Below are positions 10,701-19,497 of a stretch of 64,000 nucleotides of DNA, one piece after another. Where the stretch lies: positions 2,048,001-2,112,000 of the forward strand of contig OY781964.1 in assembly GCA_963677485.1 (NCBI GenBank), given 5' to 3'. Both the position numbers and the translations under genes were made by a program. The notes beneath the pieces are model-generated. The model saw only the letters and a program-made list of their open reading frames with translations, was not told the origin of the DNA and searched no databases. Within the stretch, counting starts at the first letter, position 1. The number at the start of each line of letters is the position of its first letter. The stretch is from Armatimonadota bacterium (GTDB lineage: Bacteria; Armatimonadota; HRBIN16).

Positions 10701-11479
10701 TAGACCGCATGTTGTTTCTAAGCTCGTTGAAAGACCTCTGCCGTGCCAAACGTCTGGCGGCTCTGCTGCTGTTTGCATTGGCTCCGACCTTGCTGGGGCT
10801 GATCATCCTTTCTGTGAAAGAGATGCCCATCGGCCGTGGCGAAGCTCTTTACAACGGACTGGTCGACCAATTGGTGTTCGGCTTCGTGCTGGTGATGATC
10901 GCTGCGATCACCGGCACCGGCGCACTAGCTCAAGAGATTGAGCGGAAGACCATCGTCTATCTGCTCACCCGACCGGTGGCACGCTGGCGCATCGCGGCCT
11001 GGCGGCTGCTTTCAGCACTTGTGGTCACCACACTAGTTGCGCTGTTGAGCCTATTCTTGTGTGCCGGCCTTTGCTTCGGCACAGGTATGTTTCATGAGCA
11101 GGTCGTCCGTCACGATGCAGGTGTGCTGATGCTTGGCGCGTTGAGCTACACCTACCTGTTTTTCTTGCTGGGTGCCGCGGTCAACCGTCCGCTGCTGTAT
11201 GCCATCTTCTTTGCCTTCGGATGGGAAAGCTGGGTGCCCAACATGCCCGGCAACTTTTCTCAGGTCTCGCTGATGAGTTTTCTTCGCGCCCTGGCACCGC
11301 ACGAGCAGGCCGAAAGCAGCGGTAATGACGTGATGCAGATGCTTCAGGAGTTCGGCCGCCCTGAGATAGCGGCCAGCACTGCGCACTGGGTTCTCTGGGG
11401 TGCCGCGGCCGTGTGCCTCTGCGTAGCGCTGCTGGTCTTCAGTCGGCGGGAATACTGCCCCAAGGACGACGCCGGGTAG
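10697..11479 (+). CDS. ABC-2 type permease
   Basis: EIERKTIVYLLTRPVARW motif and about 6 TM segments. Confidence 0.85.
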   Translation: MIDRMLFLSSLKDLCRAKRLAALLLFALAPTLLGLIILSVKEMPIGRGEALYNGLVDQLVFGFVLVMIAAITGTGALAQEIERKTIVYLLTRPVARWRIAAWRLLSALVVTTLVALLSLFLCAGLCFGTGMFHEQVVRHDAGVLMLGALSYTYLFFLLGAAVNRPLLYAIFFAFGWESWVPNMPGNFSQVSLMSFLRALAPHEQAESSGNDVMQMLQEFGRPEIAASTAHWVLWGAAAVCLCVALLVFSRREYCPKDDAG

Positions 11480-11516
11480 TGGGTTATGAGGTACATTGTA
11501 GAAGGAGGGAAAGCTC

Positions 11517-11756
11517 ATGGAATCGCCGTTATATATCCGAACTACAGTACTACCTGGCAAGATCATTGAAGTCACTTCTTCAAGCTTGGTCGAAGGTGAT
11601 CAGGTAGATGTGACCATTCGCTACGCAAGTAGTCGTCGCGTCCGACGCCGCACGGTGATGGATATCATCGAAGCCAATCACCCTCCGCAGGTTTTCAAAA
11701 CGGCTGACGATGTTGATGAATATCTCGAAAGGGAACGCAACTCGTGGGATCGCTGA
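11517..11756 (+). CDS. Putative antitoxin (VapB-like)
   Basis: Small protein overlapping a PIN gene. Its C-terminal DEYLERERNSWD is typical of antitoxins upstream of VapC. Confidence 0.7.
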   Translation: MESPLYIRTTVLPGKIIEVTSSSLVEGDQVDVTIRYASSRRVRRRTVMDIIEANHPPQVFKTADDVDEYLERERNSWDR

Positions 11757-12190
11757 TCCTGCCCGAATCAGGATTGGTATATGTCGACTCTCAGATACTG
11801 ATTTACTCCGTAGAAAGGTATCCTAACTACCTGGATGTGGTATCGCCAATATGGCAAGCATCACGCAACGGATCCATCGAGGTCGTCACAAGTGAGCTGT
11901 CGGTTTTAGAGGTCATGACTGGTGCGATAAAGATGGGTGACCAAGGTTTGATTGATATGTATGACGAGCTGATGCAGGGTACGGAAATACGTCTAATTCC
12001 TGTTGATCTACAGATATTACTGAATGCCGCCAGGTTGCGGGCAGAGACATCTCTACGAACGCCGGATGCCATCCATGCTGCCACTGCATCTAGTGTTAAT
12101 TGTTCGACACTGATCACCAACGACCTCGCATTCCGGGTACTCAAAGCTACATTGAATATTCAGATTTTGAAGGACGTCATTACAACGTAA
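11744..12190 (+). CDS. vapC: PIN-domain VapC-family toxin
   Basis: VYVDSQILIY, SVLEV, LRTPDAIHAATA and ITND supply the acidic tetrad. Confidence 0.88.
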   Translation: MGSLILPESGLVYVDSQILIYSVERYPNYLDVVSPIWQASRNGSIEVVTSELSVLEVMTGAIKMGDQGLIDMYDELMQGTEIRLIPVDLQILLNAARLRAETSLRTPDAIHAATASSVNCSTLITNDLAFRVLKATLNIQILKDVITT

Positions 12191-12256
12191 CCCCTACCCT
12201 TAGGACAACAGATGGTGATGGTAAAATAACTTAGTTCACCGCTGGAGAAACTCACC

Positions 12257-13591
12257 TTGCGTCATATGAAACCACTGATCCGACTGATAGCCGCGGCCGC
12301 GATACTGGCAGCCCTTGCTTGCTCCGTGAATGCCCAACCACAGAAAACCACCAAAACGGCCCAGCGCGTGGAGGTCTATGTGGGCGTGGCTGACAACCAC
12401 ATGGACCAGATCAACCGCCCCGACCAATGGACGTATGTCAGGCGAAATGCCGACGGATTCTACATCAATTTCATAGAGCTCGACAGCATGTACAGCCAAA
12501 GCACGCTGGATGCCTACGGGAAGCTCTTCACGAACAAGAATGCCTTCATCGAATCGGATATGAACTCCAGCACGGAAAAAGAGCAAGGGTACGTGGATAG
12601 ACTGCACAAGGCCGGTTTCACCATCCCCTACACCAGTTTGAACTACGGTTGGAGCAAAGAACGTCAGGATGGCCTGAAGAGCTATGCACTGAAGCCAGGA
12701 CAGAAGCAAAGGCTCTGCTTCGTGCAGGATGGTCCCTGGAATATCGGCGGTACGATCTTTGAAAACAAGGCCTACAACGGGGTTTTCTCAAACTCGGACT
12801 ATAGGTCGTGGGTCAGACAGGCCGACGGCACATCGACAGACGGTCCTCTGGGCTTTTGGCTTATCGACCAGGGCAGCATGAAATCGGCGAGTTACTCCAT
12901 GGTGAAGTTTGCCCATAGTCTGGGCAAGAAGTCTGTCTTGATGTTATGCCCATATGGCGCAGGCGTGACCAGTTATACGCCCGCTATGTACCTTAATGTG
13001 GGCACCAACTGCGTGCGTGAGCACGAAGACAATGACGCCGATCCCGATATCTGGGATGTGTTTGAGTATGCCACATCAATCGACGCGGTTCCTGAACAAA
13101 AAGAGGGTGCGCCGCATAACTCCACTACCGGCATGGCCTACTACCTTATCAAGCACATCAAGGGTGATCCCAACACGCTCGACCTGTATGACACGGCGGA
13201 CTCGGGCAAGACGACCGGTGAAGGTGTTTTCGGCAGCTCAATCTTGACTCGGAGTATTGCGCCTGGCAAGACGGCCCATTACGCCATCAGCGCCGCCAAC
13301 CTAAGCTCATGGTGCGACTACGCCGCGGTCCTGAAAGCCTCTTTGATCGGTGCGAATAAGGTATGGAGCATCAAATTCAAGCTTGCAGGAAAAGACATCA
13401 CTCAGGATGTGCTGGGCGGAGGGTATAAATTCTATCAGTCTCATCGCCTCAACCCACAAACCTCTCAGACGGTTGATCTTTACATCACCCGCTCCGCCAC
13501 GAAGGGTCATGCGAAGCTTGAGCTTCTGCTGGAGTTGCGCCCCCACAATGGAAGCGACACAGTGGACTCGCTGCGGATAATTGCTAAATAG
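12257..13591 (+). CDS. Secreted hypothetical protein
   Basis: Long ORF, GGAGA RBS, signal peptide. No family recognised. Confidence 0.75.
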   Translation: MRHMKPLIRLIAAAAILAALACSVNAQPQKTTKTAQRVEVYVGVADNHMDQINRPDQWTYVRRNADGFYINFIELDSMYSQSTLDAYGKLFTNKNAFIESDMNSSTEKEQGYVDRLHKAGFTIPYTSLNYGWSKERQDGLKSYALKPGQKQRLCFVQDGPWNIGGTIFENKAYNGVFSNSDYRSWVRQADGTSTDGPLGFWLIDQGSMKSASYSMVKFAHSLGKKSVLMLCPYGAGVTSYTPAMYLNVGTNCVREHEDNDADPDIWDVFEYATSIDAVPEQKEGAPHNSTTGMAYYLIKHIKGDPNTLDLYDTADSGKTTGEGVFGSSILTRSIAPGKTAHYAISAANLSSWCDYAAVLKASLIGANKVWSIKFKLAGKDITQDVLGGGYKFYQSHRLNPQTSQTVDLYITRSATKGHAKLELLLELRPHNGSDTVDSLRIIAK

Positions 13592-13755
13592 TCAGACGGC
13601 TTGTGAGACTGGCCGAAAGCGTGGTCAGTCTTAACGCGGTGGCGTTATATACCGGTCTATAACACCAGAATCCGCCGGTTACGGATAATCGATTAGGTTG
13701 GACTAATTTCCGGTATAGTAACATGTGTCATAAACTATCAACCAGGAGCCGTTCT

Positions 13756-14388
13756 ATGAAACTCTCCATCGCAGCATTCTTTGCAGCTGTATGCCTCATT
13801 GGAACCGCGGCAGCGCAGGCAGCCCCACCTCAGGTACTGGCTGACATATACAGGGATTTTTCAAGCTCACAGGGCGACAACAACTTCTACTACGGAGTGG
13901 AACAGGGCAGCATTCTATATAGCGGCTACCGGTGGGTTTATGCCGTCACCGCCATACAGCGCGATAACGGCAATTCAGCCATCGATATGGATGCCGAACC
14001 CGGCAACGGTACGGTCATGAGCTGGCACAGCCCCTATGTGGGTTGGGCCAACGTCACTGCAACGATCACCCCCACCACGCCGTATGACGGCGATCAAGGC
14101 GCAACCGTAAGGGTGGCCCAATACCGTTGGAATGGGAATACCTTTAAGACAATTAACGAGAGCGTGATGGAGGGCAACTGGACGGACCCGTTCAATGTGA
14201 ACTTCAACATGCTGCTTCAAGATAATGACTATGTGGAGTTCAAGTTCAGCAATCTGAGCACCAACAAGGGCTATTCCAGCCAGTGGACGGGGCAGATCAC
14301 AGCCGTTCCTGAGCCTGCTTCCATCGTGATGCTGACCATGGGTTTGGGTGGTCTTGGTGGCCTAGCCCTACGCCGAAAGCGCAAGTAG
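13756..14388 (+). CDS. PEP-CTERM sorting-domain protein
   Basis: Signal peptide and C-terminal VPEPASIVML-TM-RRKRK. AGGAG RBS precedes ATG 13756. Confidence 0.9.
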   Translation: MKLSIAAFFAAVCLIGTAAAQAAPPQVLADIYRDFSSSQGDNNFYYGVEQGSILYSGYRWVYAVTAIQRDNGNSAIDMDAEPGNGTVMSWHSPYVGWANVTATITPTTPYDGDQGATVRVAQYRWNGNTFKTINESVMEGNWTDPFNVNFNMLLQDNDYVEFKFSNLSTNKGYSSQWTGQITAVPEPASIVMLTMGLGGLGGLALRRKRK

Positions 14389-14430
14389 CGTCGATCCTCA
14401 TGGGCGGGGTAACCCGCCCAAGCGTAAATA

Positions 14431-14463
14431 TGACGGGTAGGATGAGTAAGACGAGCAGGACAG
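14431..14463 (+). repeat. Dispersed repeat family TGACGGGTAGGATGAGTAGGACGAG
   Basis: Similar copies at 27374-27403 (-), 48569-48592 (+) and 63579-63611 (+), all intergenic. Confidence 0.7.
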
Positions 14464-14519
14464 GGCGTTAAGAACCGTTCCCATTCTTTCTCCTAACTCC
14501 TCAGCTCCTTAATTCTCCC

Positions 14520-15419
14520 CTAAAGGTACCTCTTCGCGACCTCGGGGCGGCGGAAGCCCCAGCCCATCCAGCCGATGGGGTTACCATGAAACTCCGTCTT
14601 CACGGCACCCAGCGGGATGTCCAGCACGGCGACGCCGGGTTCTGAGCCCATCTGATGAACCACTTCGCCAAAAGGCCCCACCACAAAGCTCCCGCCGTTG
14701 AACCGCCCAGCGTGGTTGACTACGCTGATGAACAACTCGTTCTCCGCTGCGCGGACCTGCGTGACAACCTCGTTATGCACGCGCTGACAAGGCTGGGTGA
14801 AATCATTGGTGTCGCAGGCCAGAGGGCAGGCGATGAGCTGATTGCCGAGTGCCCTAAGGCAGCGCGCGCTTTCCGCGATCTCGCGGTCGAAGCAGATCAT
14901 GGTGCCGATGCGGTAGCTGCCCTGACTGAACCGGCAATCGGCGGCATAGAAGCCGTCACCTGGGGTCCACAGTTTGCCGTGGTCAATGCTCTCGAAATCT
15001 CGGCAATGCACCTTGCGGTAGATATATTCGATTTCGCCAGCGGGGTTGATCAGCGCGGCGGAGTTATGCAGCTTCTGCGAGTTAGCTTTCTCAGCAAATC
15101 CCAGCACCAGATGTATACCACGCTTCCTGGCGAGTTCACGGAACTGCCCCACAACCTCGCCATCAGCCGGCACCGCGCAGCGCATGGTGTCCTCCCACAG
15201 CCCTTCTTTGAAACCATCAAAGCCGTAGCCGTGGATGACGCACTCCGGCGTGATTACCAACTCCGCACCCTTATCAGCGGCCTCGTTGACGGAGGCCAGT
15301 GCGTTCTTTATGTTGTTTTCCACAGCCCAGGCCTCGGTATAGACCTGACACATGCCCAACTTCAAGCTGATGTATTCGCCGGTGTAGATATTGGGGATCA
15401 GTTCCGTGTTACAACCCAT
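14520..15419 (-). CDS. Carbon-nitrogen hydrolase (nitrilase superfamily)
   Basis: Glu-Lys-Cys triad in ITPEC, YRKVH and MICFDRE. GGSFVVGPFG. Confidence 0.88.
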   Translation of the reverse strand: MGCNTELIPNIYTGEYISLKLGMCQVYTEAWAVENNIKNALASVNEAADKGAELVITPECVIHGYGFDGFKEGLWEDTMRCAVPADGEVVGQFRELARKRGIHLVLGFAEKANSQKLHNSAALINPAGEIEYIYRKVHCRDFESIDHGKLWTPGDGFYAADCRFSQGSYRIGTMICFDREIAESARCLRALGNQLIACPLACDTNDFTQPCQRVHNEVVTQVRAAENELFISVVNHAGRFNGGSFVVGPFGEVVHQMGSEPGVAVLDIPLGAVKTEFHGNPIGWMGWGFRRPEVAKRYL

Positions 15420-15781
15420 TACACACCTTCAGGTTTTTTGTCGTGGCAGTCGCAGCAGTCGCCGCAATCCTCTTCGCCGCATGTTGTGGTTTCGTCACCC
15501 AGCTCTTCTTCTGCCGCCATCCATTCCTGCAGGTCCGCCACATTCCAGGTGTCTTTGGGGGTCGTGTTCCAAAGCTCCATAGCGGTTTCCTCATCGGGAA
15601 GCATTACGGCGTCGCGAAGGTATTCGGGAAGGTCATCTTCCAGCGCGTCATCGTTAAGGGAGAAGTTGAGGTAGAAATCCTCTGCAAGGTCACGCGCTTG
15701 GGTCTCGTCGTCCGCGATGACCACGAACCGCCGCATCCAGACTTCGGGGATTTCGATGATAAACTTCTGTATCTCTGCCAT
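15419..15781 (-). CDS. Acidic hypothetical protein with Cys-rich C-terminus
   Basis: GAGG RBS. TAATG coupling to the nitrilase gene. Tail CGEEDCGDCCDCHD. Confidence 0.7.
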   Translation of the reverse strand: MAEIQKFIIEIPEVWMRRFVVIADDETQARDLAEDFYLNFSLNDDALEDDLPEYLRDAVMLPDEETAMELWNTTPKDTWNVADLQEWMAAEEELGDETTTCGEEDCGDCCDCHDKKPEGV

Positions 15782-15855
15782 GGGTTATACCTCTTAGTGT
15801 TGTTTGAGGAGGCGGTAACCATGTTAGCAGCACCCCCATGTGTAGTTTACCGAAA

Positions 15856-16509
15856 CTACAGGGTGATTTTCGCCGCGTTGACCAGCGCCTGCTCGATCTG
15901 CTGGTGACTGGCGGTGACGCCCAACTGCCGGAGGCTGGTCAGGAACTCGCGGTGCGACCGGCCTTGCCGATAATCAGGCTCCCTGGGCGGATGCAGCAGC
16001 AGCCGTTCGATCAGCTCTATATCCATGTCGACCAGCAACGTGCCATGCACCAGCACCGACTTCCACTTCCAGGCCTGCGCGTTTCCCGATATCTTGCGGC
16101 AGTCGACCGCGATATCACTGATTCCCTGCATCTGCGCGGTGATGCCGAACTGCTGGAGGGCGCCGATCAGCACCTCTCCGGTGGTGCGGAACGCCTCTAG
16201 GATGTTCACGCGGGTGGGCGCGGGGATGGAGTAGGAGAAGTTCAGCACGTCGGGGGTTTGCACCACGGTTCCGCCGCCTGTGAAGCGCTTGAACACAGGC
16301 ACTCCCTCCGCCTCGCACTGCGGCAAGTTGGCCACCTGCTCCAGCTTCTCGCTGCAGCCGGCCACCACCGCGATGGGCCCGCCCCACCAGGTTCGGAAAA
16401 TCCGGCGGGCCTCTTTGCCGCAAATCTGCGTGTAGTACTGGTCCAGTATCACGTTGTCGGCTGGCGTCGCCGCGGATTGTTGGATGATCTCAAGGCTGTT
16501 TTGTGTCAC
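15856..16509 (-). CDS. Lipoate-protein ligase A family protein (catalytic domain only)
   Basis: KRFTGGGTVV, RKISGNAQ, HGTLL, PPREPDYRQGRSHREFLT. Confidence 0.88.
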   Translation of the reverse strand: MTQNSLEIIQQSAATPADNVILDQYYTQICGKEARRIFRTWWGGPIAVVAGCSEKLEQVANLPQCEAEGVPVFKRFTGGGTVVQTPDVLNFSYSIPAPTRVNILEAFRTTGEVLIGALQQFGITAQMQGISDIAVDCRKISGNAQAWKWKSVLVHGTLLVDMDIELIERLLLHPPREPDYRQGRSHREFLTSLRQLGVTASHQQIEQALVNAAKITL

Positions 16510-16646
16510 GATGTCCCCCGTTACAGTATAAACCGGGAGGGGGTGTCATCTCACGCGGAGGCGCGGAGGACGCGGAGGGAATACATGATCAAGAAGGTAG
16601 CCCCCTCTCCCGCAACACCGCTGCGGGAGGGGTATGGAACCCAGCC

Positions 16647-17825
16647 TTAGTGCTGGAACAGCCGGATGCCGTTGAGGGCCATGACCATGCCGTATTCATC
16701 CGCGGCGTCGATCACGAGCTGGTCGCGGTTGGATCCGCCGGCCTGCGCCACATACTTCACGCCGCTGCGGGCCGCGCGGTCGATGCTGTCGCGGAAGGGG
16801 AAGAAGGCGTCCGAGCCCAGCGACACGCCTGTGAGCTGATCCAGCCAGGCGCGCTTCTCCTCGCGAGTGAGTTTGGCTACCTCACCCTCGATACCCGCGC
16901 GTAATAGCTCTTCTTCGGGCGCGGTGATGTCATCCAGCAGGAACAGATCGATGGTGTTGTTCATCTCCGCGCGGTTGGCTCCCTTGGCGAACTGCAGGCC
17001 CAACACCCTGGGGTGCTGACGCAGCCACCAGAGGTCCGCCTTGCCGCCTGCCAGACGCGTGCAGTGGACACGCGACTGCTGACCCGCGCCAATGCCGATC
17101 GCCTGCCCATCCTTTGCGTAGCAGACACTGTTGGACTGCGTGAACTTCAACACGATCAGCGAAAGGATCAGGTCGCGCACGGCTTCCTCGGGCATGGATG
17201 CATGTTTGGTCACAATGTTACTCAGAGCCGAGGCATCGAGGCGGATGTCGTTGCGCTTTTGCTCAATCACTACGCCGAACAGCTCGCGCCGCTCCATCAC
17301 TGGCGGCTCGTAGCTGGGGTCGATCTGCAGCACCAGGTAGCTGCCGCCGCGCTTCTTCTGCAGAATTTTCAACGCTTCCGGCTCGTAACCGGGCGCGATC
17401 ACACCGTCGGATATCTCGCGGTTGATCAGCTTCGCGGTGGAGAGGTCGCACACATCGCTGAGCGAAATGAAGTCGCCGAAGGAGGAGATCCGGTCGGCAC
17501 CGCGCGCCCGTGCGTAGGCTGTGGCGAGGGGCGAGAGGGTTTTGAGGTCGTCCACGAAGTAAGCTTGCTTGAGCACATCGCTCAGGGGTAGCGCGACCGC
17601 GGCCCCGGCGGGACTGACGTGCTTGAAGGAGGCCGCTGCAGGAAGGCCCAGGGCCTGCTTCAGCTCGCGTACCAGTTGCCAGCCGTTCAGCGCATCCAAA
17701 ATGTTGATGCAACTGGGGGCGCCGTTGAGCACCTCGAACTTCGGGCTATCGTCGTTCAGGATCACCTGAGCTGGTGTCTGGTTAGGGTTGATACCGTATC
17801 GGAGGGGGATCACATTTTTCGGCAC
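16647..17825 (-). CDS. purH: AICAR transformylase (PurH C-terminal domain only, no IMP cyclohydrolase domain)
   Basis: Begins at [44 protein letters not shown]. Confidence 0.9.
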   Translation of the reverse strand: MPKNVIPLRYGINPNQTPAQVILNDDSPKFEVLNGAPSCINILDALNGWQLVRELKQALGLPAAASFKHVSPAGAAVALPLSDVLKQAYFVDDLKTLSPLATAYARARGADRISSFGDFISLSDVCDLSTAKLINREISDGVIAPGYEPEALKILQKKRGGSYLVLQIDPSYEPPVMERRELFGVVIEQKRNDIRLDASALSNIVTKHASMPEEAVRDLILSLIVLKFTQSNSVCYAKDGQAIGIGAGQQSRVHCTRLAGGKADLWWLRQHPRVLGLQFAKGANRAEMNNTIDLFLLDDITAPEEELLRAGIEGEVAKLTREEKRAWLDQLTGVSLGSDAFFPFRDSIDRAARSGVKYVAQAGGSNRDQLVIDAADEYGMVMALNGIRLFQH

Positions 17826-17872
17826 AGTGGGTCTCCATAATCGCCTTCACGCGTTGGTGAGTGCGAGGATTT

Positions 17873-17946
17873 GTGCCCAGGCGGTCGGCTTGTGTATGGA
17901 AGCGCTCCCTTGCGGTTCATTCCGCGGTATCCGCCAGTTGCGCCAT
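17873..17946 (-). ncRNA. ZMP/ZTP riboswitch (pfl motif)
   Basis: Minus strand reads GGCGCAACUGGCGGAUACC-GCGG-AAUGAA-CCGC-AAGGGAGCGC...GCCGACCGCCUGGGCAC, matching the ZTP aptamer (ACUGGCG, GGGAGCG, GCCG.CCGCCUGGGCA). It lies directly upstream of the purH-like gene. Confidence 0.92.
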
Positions 17947-17950
17947 GTTC

Positions 17951-17979
17951 ATTTTAGGCTGGTTGCGGCGGGATGTCAA
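17951..17979 (-). promoter_or_regulatory. Sigma70-type promoter for the ZTP riboswitch/purH transcript
   Basis: TTGACA-17 nt-TAAAAT immediately before the aptamer. Confidence 0.8.
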
Positions 17980-18087
17980 CCGGGCGGATGGAACGGTCCA
18001 GTCTCACGCGAAGACGCGACACCACAGGTGACGACGCGAAGGGGAGGGGAAGGCACACTGCATATGAGCCAAGGCCAGTTGCACAAA

Positions 18088-18220
18088 AAGCCCGCTCAAG
18101 CGGGCTGAGGGGTTCCACTCCGGGAACCCCGAAGGGGTGACATTCTCATAGCCACGGGTCAGCGAAGCGCAACCCGTGGTCGAAGGCGCGGCGTTCCTAC
18201 CCCGAAGTGGGTCATTTGCC
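18088..18220. repeat. Palindrome-rich REP-like composite element
   Basis: AGCCCGCTCAAGCGGGCT, ACCCCGAAGGGGT, CCACGGGT-CAGCGAAGCGCA-ACCCGTGG, ACCCCGAAGTGGGT. Confidence 0.55.
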
Positions 18221-18224
18221 CTCA

Positions 18225-18325
18225 CCGCCATGGACACGGCACGCCATGTCTACATCCGTCCGATCCCCGCGCCCTCCGCGTCTCCGCGTGAGATAGCCCC
18301 TCAACCCAACCCCAGCATCCCCTTC
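18225..18325 (+). repeat. Left direct repeats flanking the DUF3800 cassette (78-bp unit A, then 15-bp unit B)
   Basis: A (18225-18302) is near-identical to 19331-19409. B (CCCAGCATCCCCTTC, 18311-18325) is identical to 19306-19320. Confidence 0.8.
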
Positions 18326-18386
18326 GTCTTCTACCGCACCCTGTCATCACGAATGGCGTTGGGCAGCTCATGGGTTCGCCAATCTC

Positions 18387-18395
18387 TGCTATAAT
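18387..18395 (+). promoter_or_regulatory. Extended -10 promoter for the DUF3800 gene
   Basis: TGcTATAAT about 40 nt upstream of the ATG, with a GGAG RBS at 18423. Confidence 0.6.
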
Positions 18396-18433
18396 ATCCG
18401 CGGAATGCAAACGTCAGCCAGTGGAGATGCATA

Positions 18434-19075
18434 ATGCCAGACGAGATATTGAACGACAGGCAGTGGATATATATGGATGAGGCGGGGGGTCCTGGTTTCC
18501 ATTTGAGTGGTGGGTCATCGTCACACTTCATACTCTGTATGTGCATATTTAGTGACCACACCGAGGCCGCTGCCACTGCGCAAAGCATCATCCAAGCAGC
18601 ACGACGACTTGACTATGCTGATGAATTCCACGGTAAAAAGGCTAAAACCTCCGTGAGTACCGAATTCTTTAACAGTATCATCAAACACAAATTCCATGTC
18701 CGGCTCATCTTTGTAGACAAAAGCATCATCTGGAGCCCGAATTTCAAGACAGATCCAAAATACTTCTACAGATCAATCGCCGGGGTATTCTTCAGGCATA
18801 ACGGTGGGAAAATACACAACGCAATGCTGTATATTGGTGGCGATATCGACTCACGTCTCGAAACTGAAATCAAAACATCAGTCAACAACCTGACTTCAAG
18901 TGAAATCATCGGTGTTCAATTTATCGATTCGATATCACACCGGCTAATACAATTAGCGGACATGGTGGTCACCGCAGCCTATAAGGGATTCATCAAACGG
19001 GACCCCAGATGGTATGGCCATTGGATGCAGTTGATAGAAAATCATCTAATTGATGACATGGGGTGGTTTTACTAA
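18434..19075 (+). CDS. DUF3800 family protein (predicted RNase H-like fold)
   Basis: N-terminal YMDEAG, central EFH, C-terminal LIQLADMVV. Visibly AT-richer than its neighbours. Confidence 0.8.
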   Translation: MPDEILNDRQWIYMDEAGGPGFHLSGGSSSHFILCMCIFSDHTEAAATAQSIIQAARRLDYADEFHGKKAKTSVSTEFFNSIIKHKFHVRLIFVDKSIIWSPNFKTDPKYFYRSIAGVFFRHNGGKIHNAMLYIGGDIDSRLETEIKTSVNNLTSSEIIGVQFIDSISHRLIQLADMVVTAAYKGFIKRDPRWYGHWMQLIENHLIDDMGWFY

Positions 19076-19082
19076 ATAAGGC

Positions 19083-19146
19083 GGCCCTCTATCCTATCTG
19101 CCGAAGGCAGAGGTTGACGTCGTAGACGCTTTTCGGATAGAGGGCC
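19083..19146 (-). ncRNA. Candidate DUF3800-associated structured RNA (three-way junction)
   Basis: Perfect 12-bp closing stem 19083-94/19135-46 enclosing hairpins 19097-102/19106-11 and 19117-21/19125-29. One pair is G-U only on the minus strand. Minus-strand promoter candidate TTCAAA-17-TATCAT with TG extension at 19159-19187. Confidence 0.65.
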
Positions 19147-19305
19147 ATTTGCATCTTTATGATACCATGGCATGCCTGCTTTTTGAATACTAATCGCTGA
19201 TATTTCAGTATAATCTACGACAGTTCAACATAATCAGGCAGTAATACCAGCGGGATACAGCATATCGAACTCTCGGTCCAACTCCGGTGCCTGCGCATCT
19301 CCCAT

Positions 19306-19409
19306 CCCAGCATCCCCTTCACCACAATCCCCGCCATGGACACGACACGCCATGCCCCACACCTGTCCGATCCCCGCGACCTCTGCGTCTCCGCGTGAGA
19401 TAGCCCCTC
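19306..19409 (+). repeat. Right direct repeats flanking the DUF3800 cassette (B, then A)
   Basis: Counterpart of 18225-18325. Confidence 0.8.
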
Positions 19410-19435
19410 TCCTCTGCTCCTAACTGCTCCCACGG

Positions 19436-19464
19436 TTGACACCTATACCCATTAGCGCAATAAT
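19436..19464 (+). promoter_or_regulatory. Sigma70-type promoter for cstA
   Basis: TTGACA-17 nt-AATAAT. Confidence 0.6.
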
Positions 19465-19497
19465 CAAGTTGCGTATTTATATAACGGTGGTGATTTA

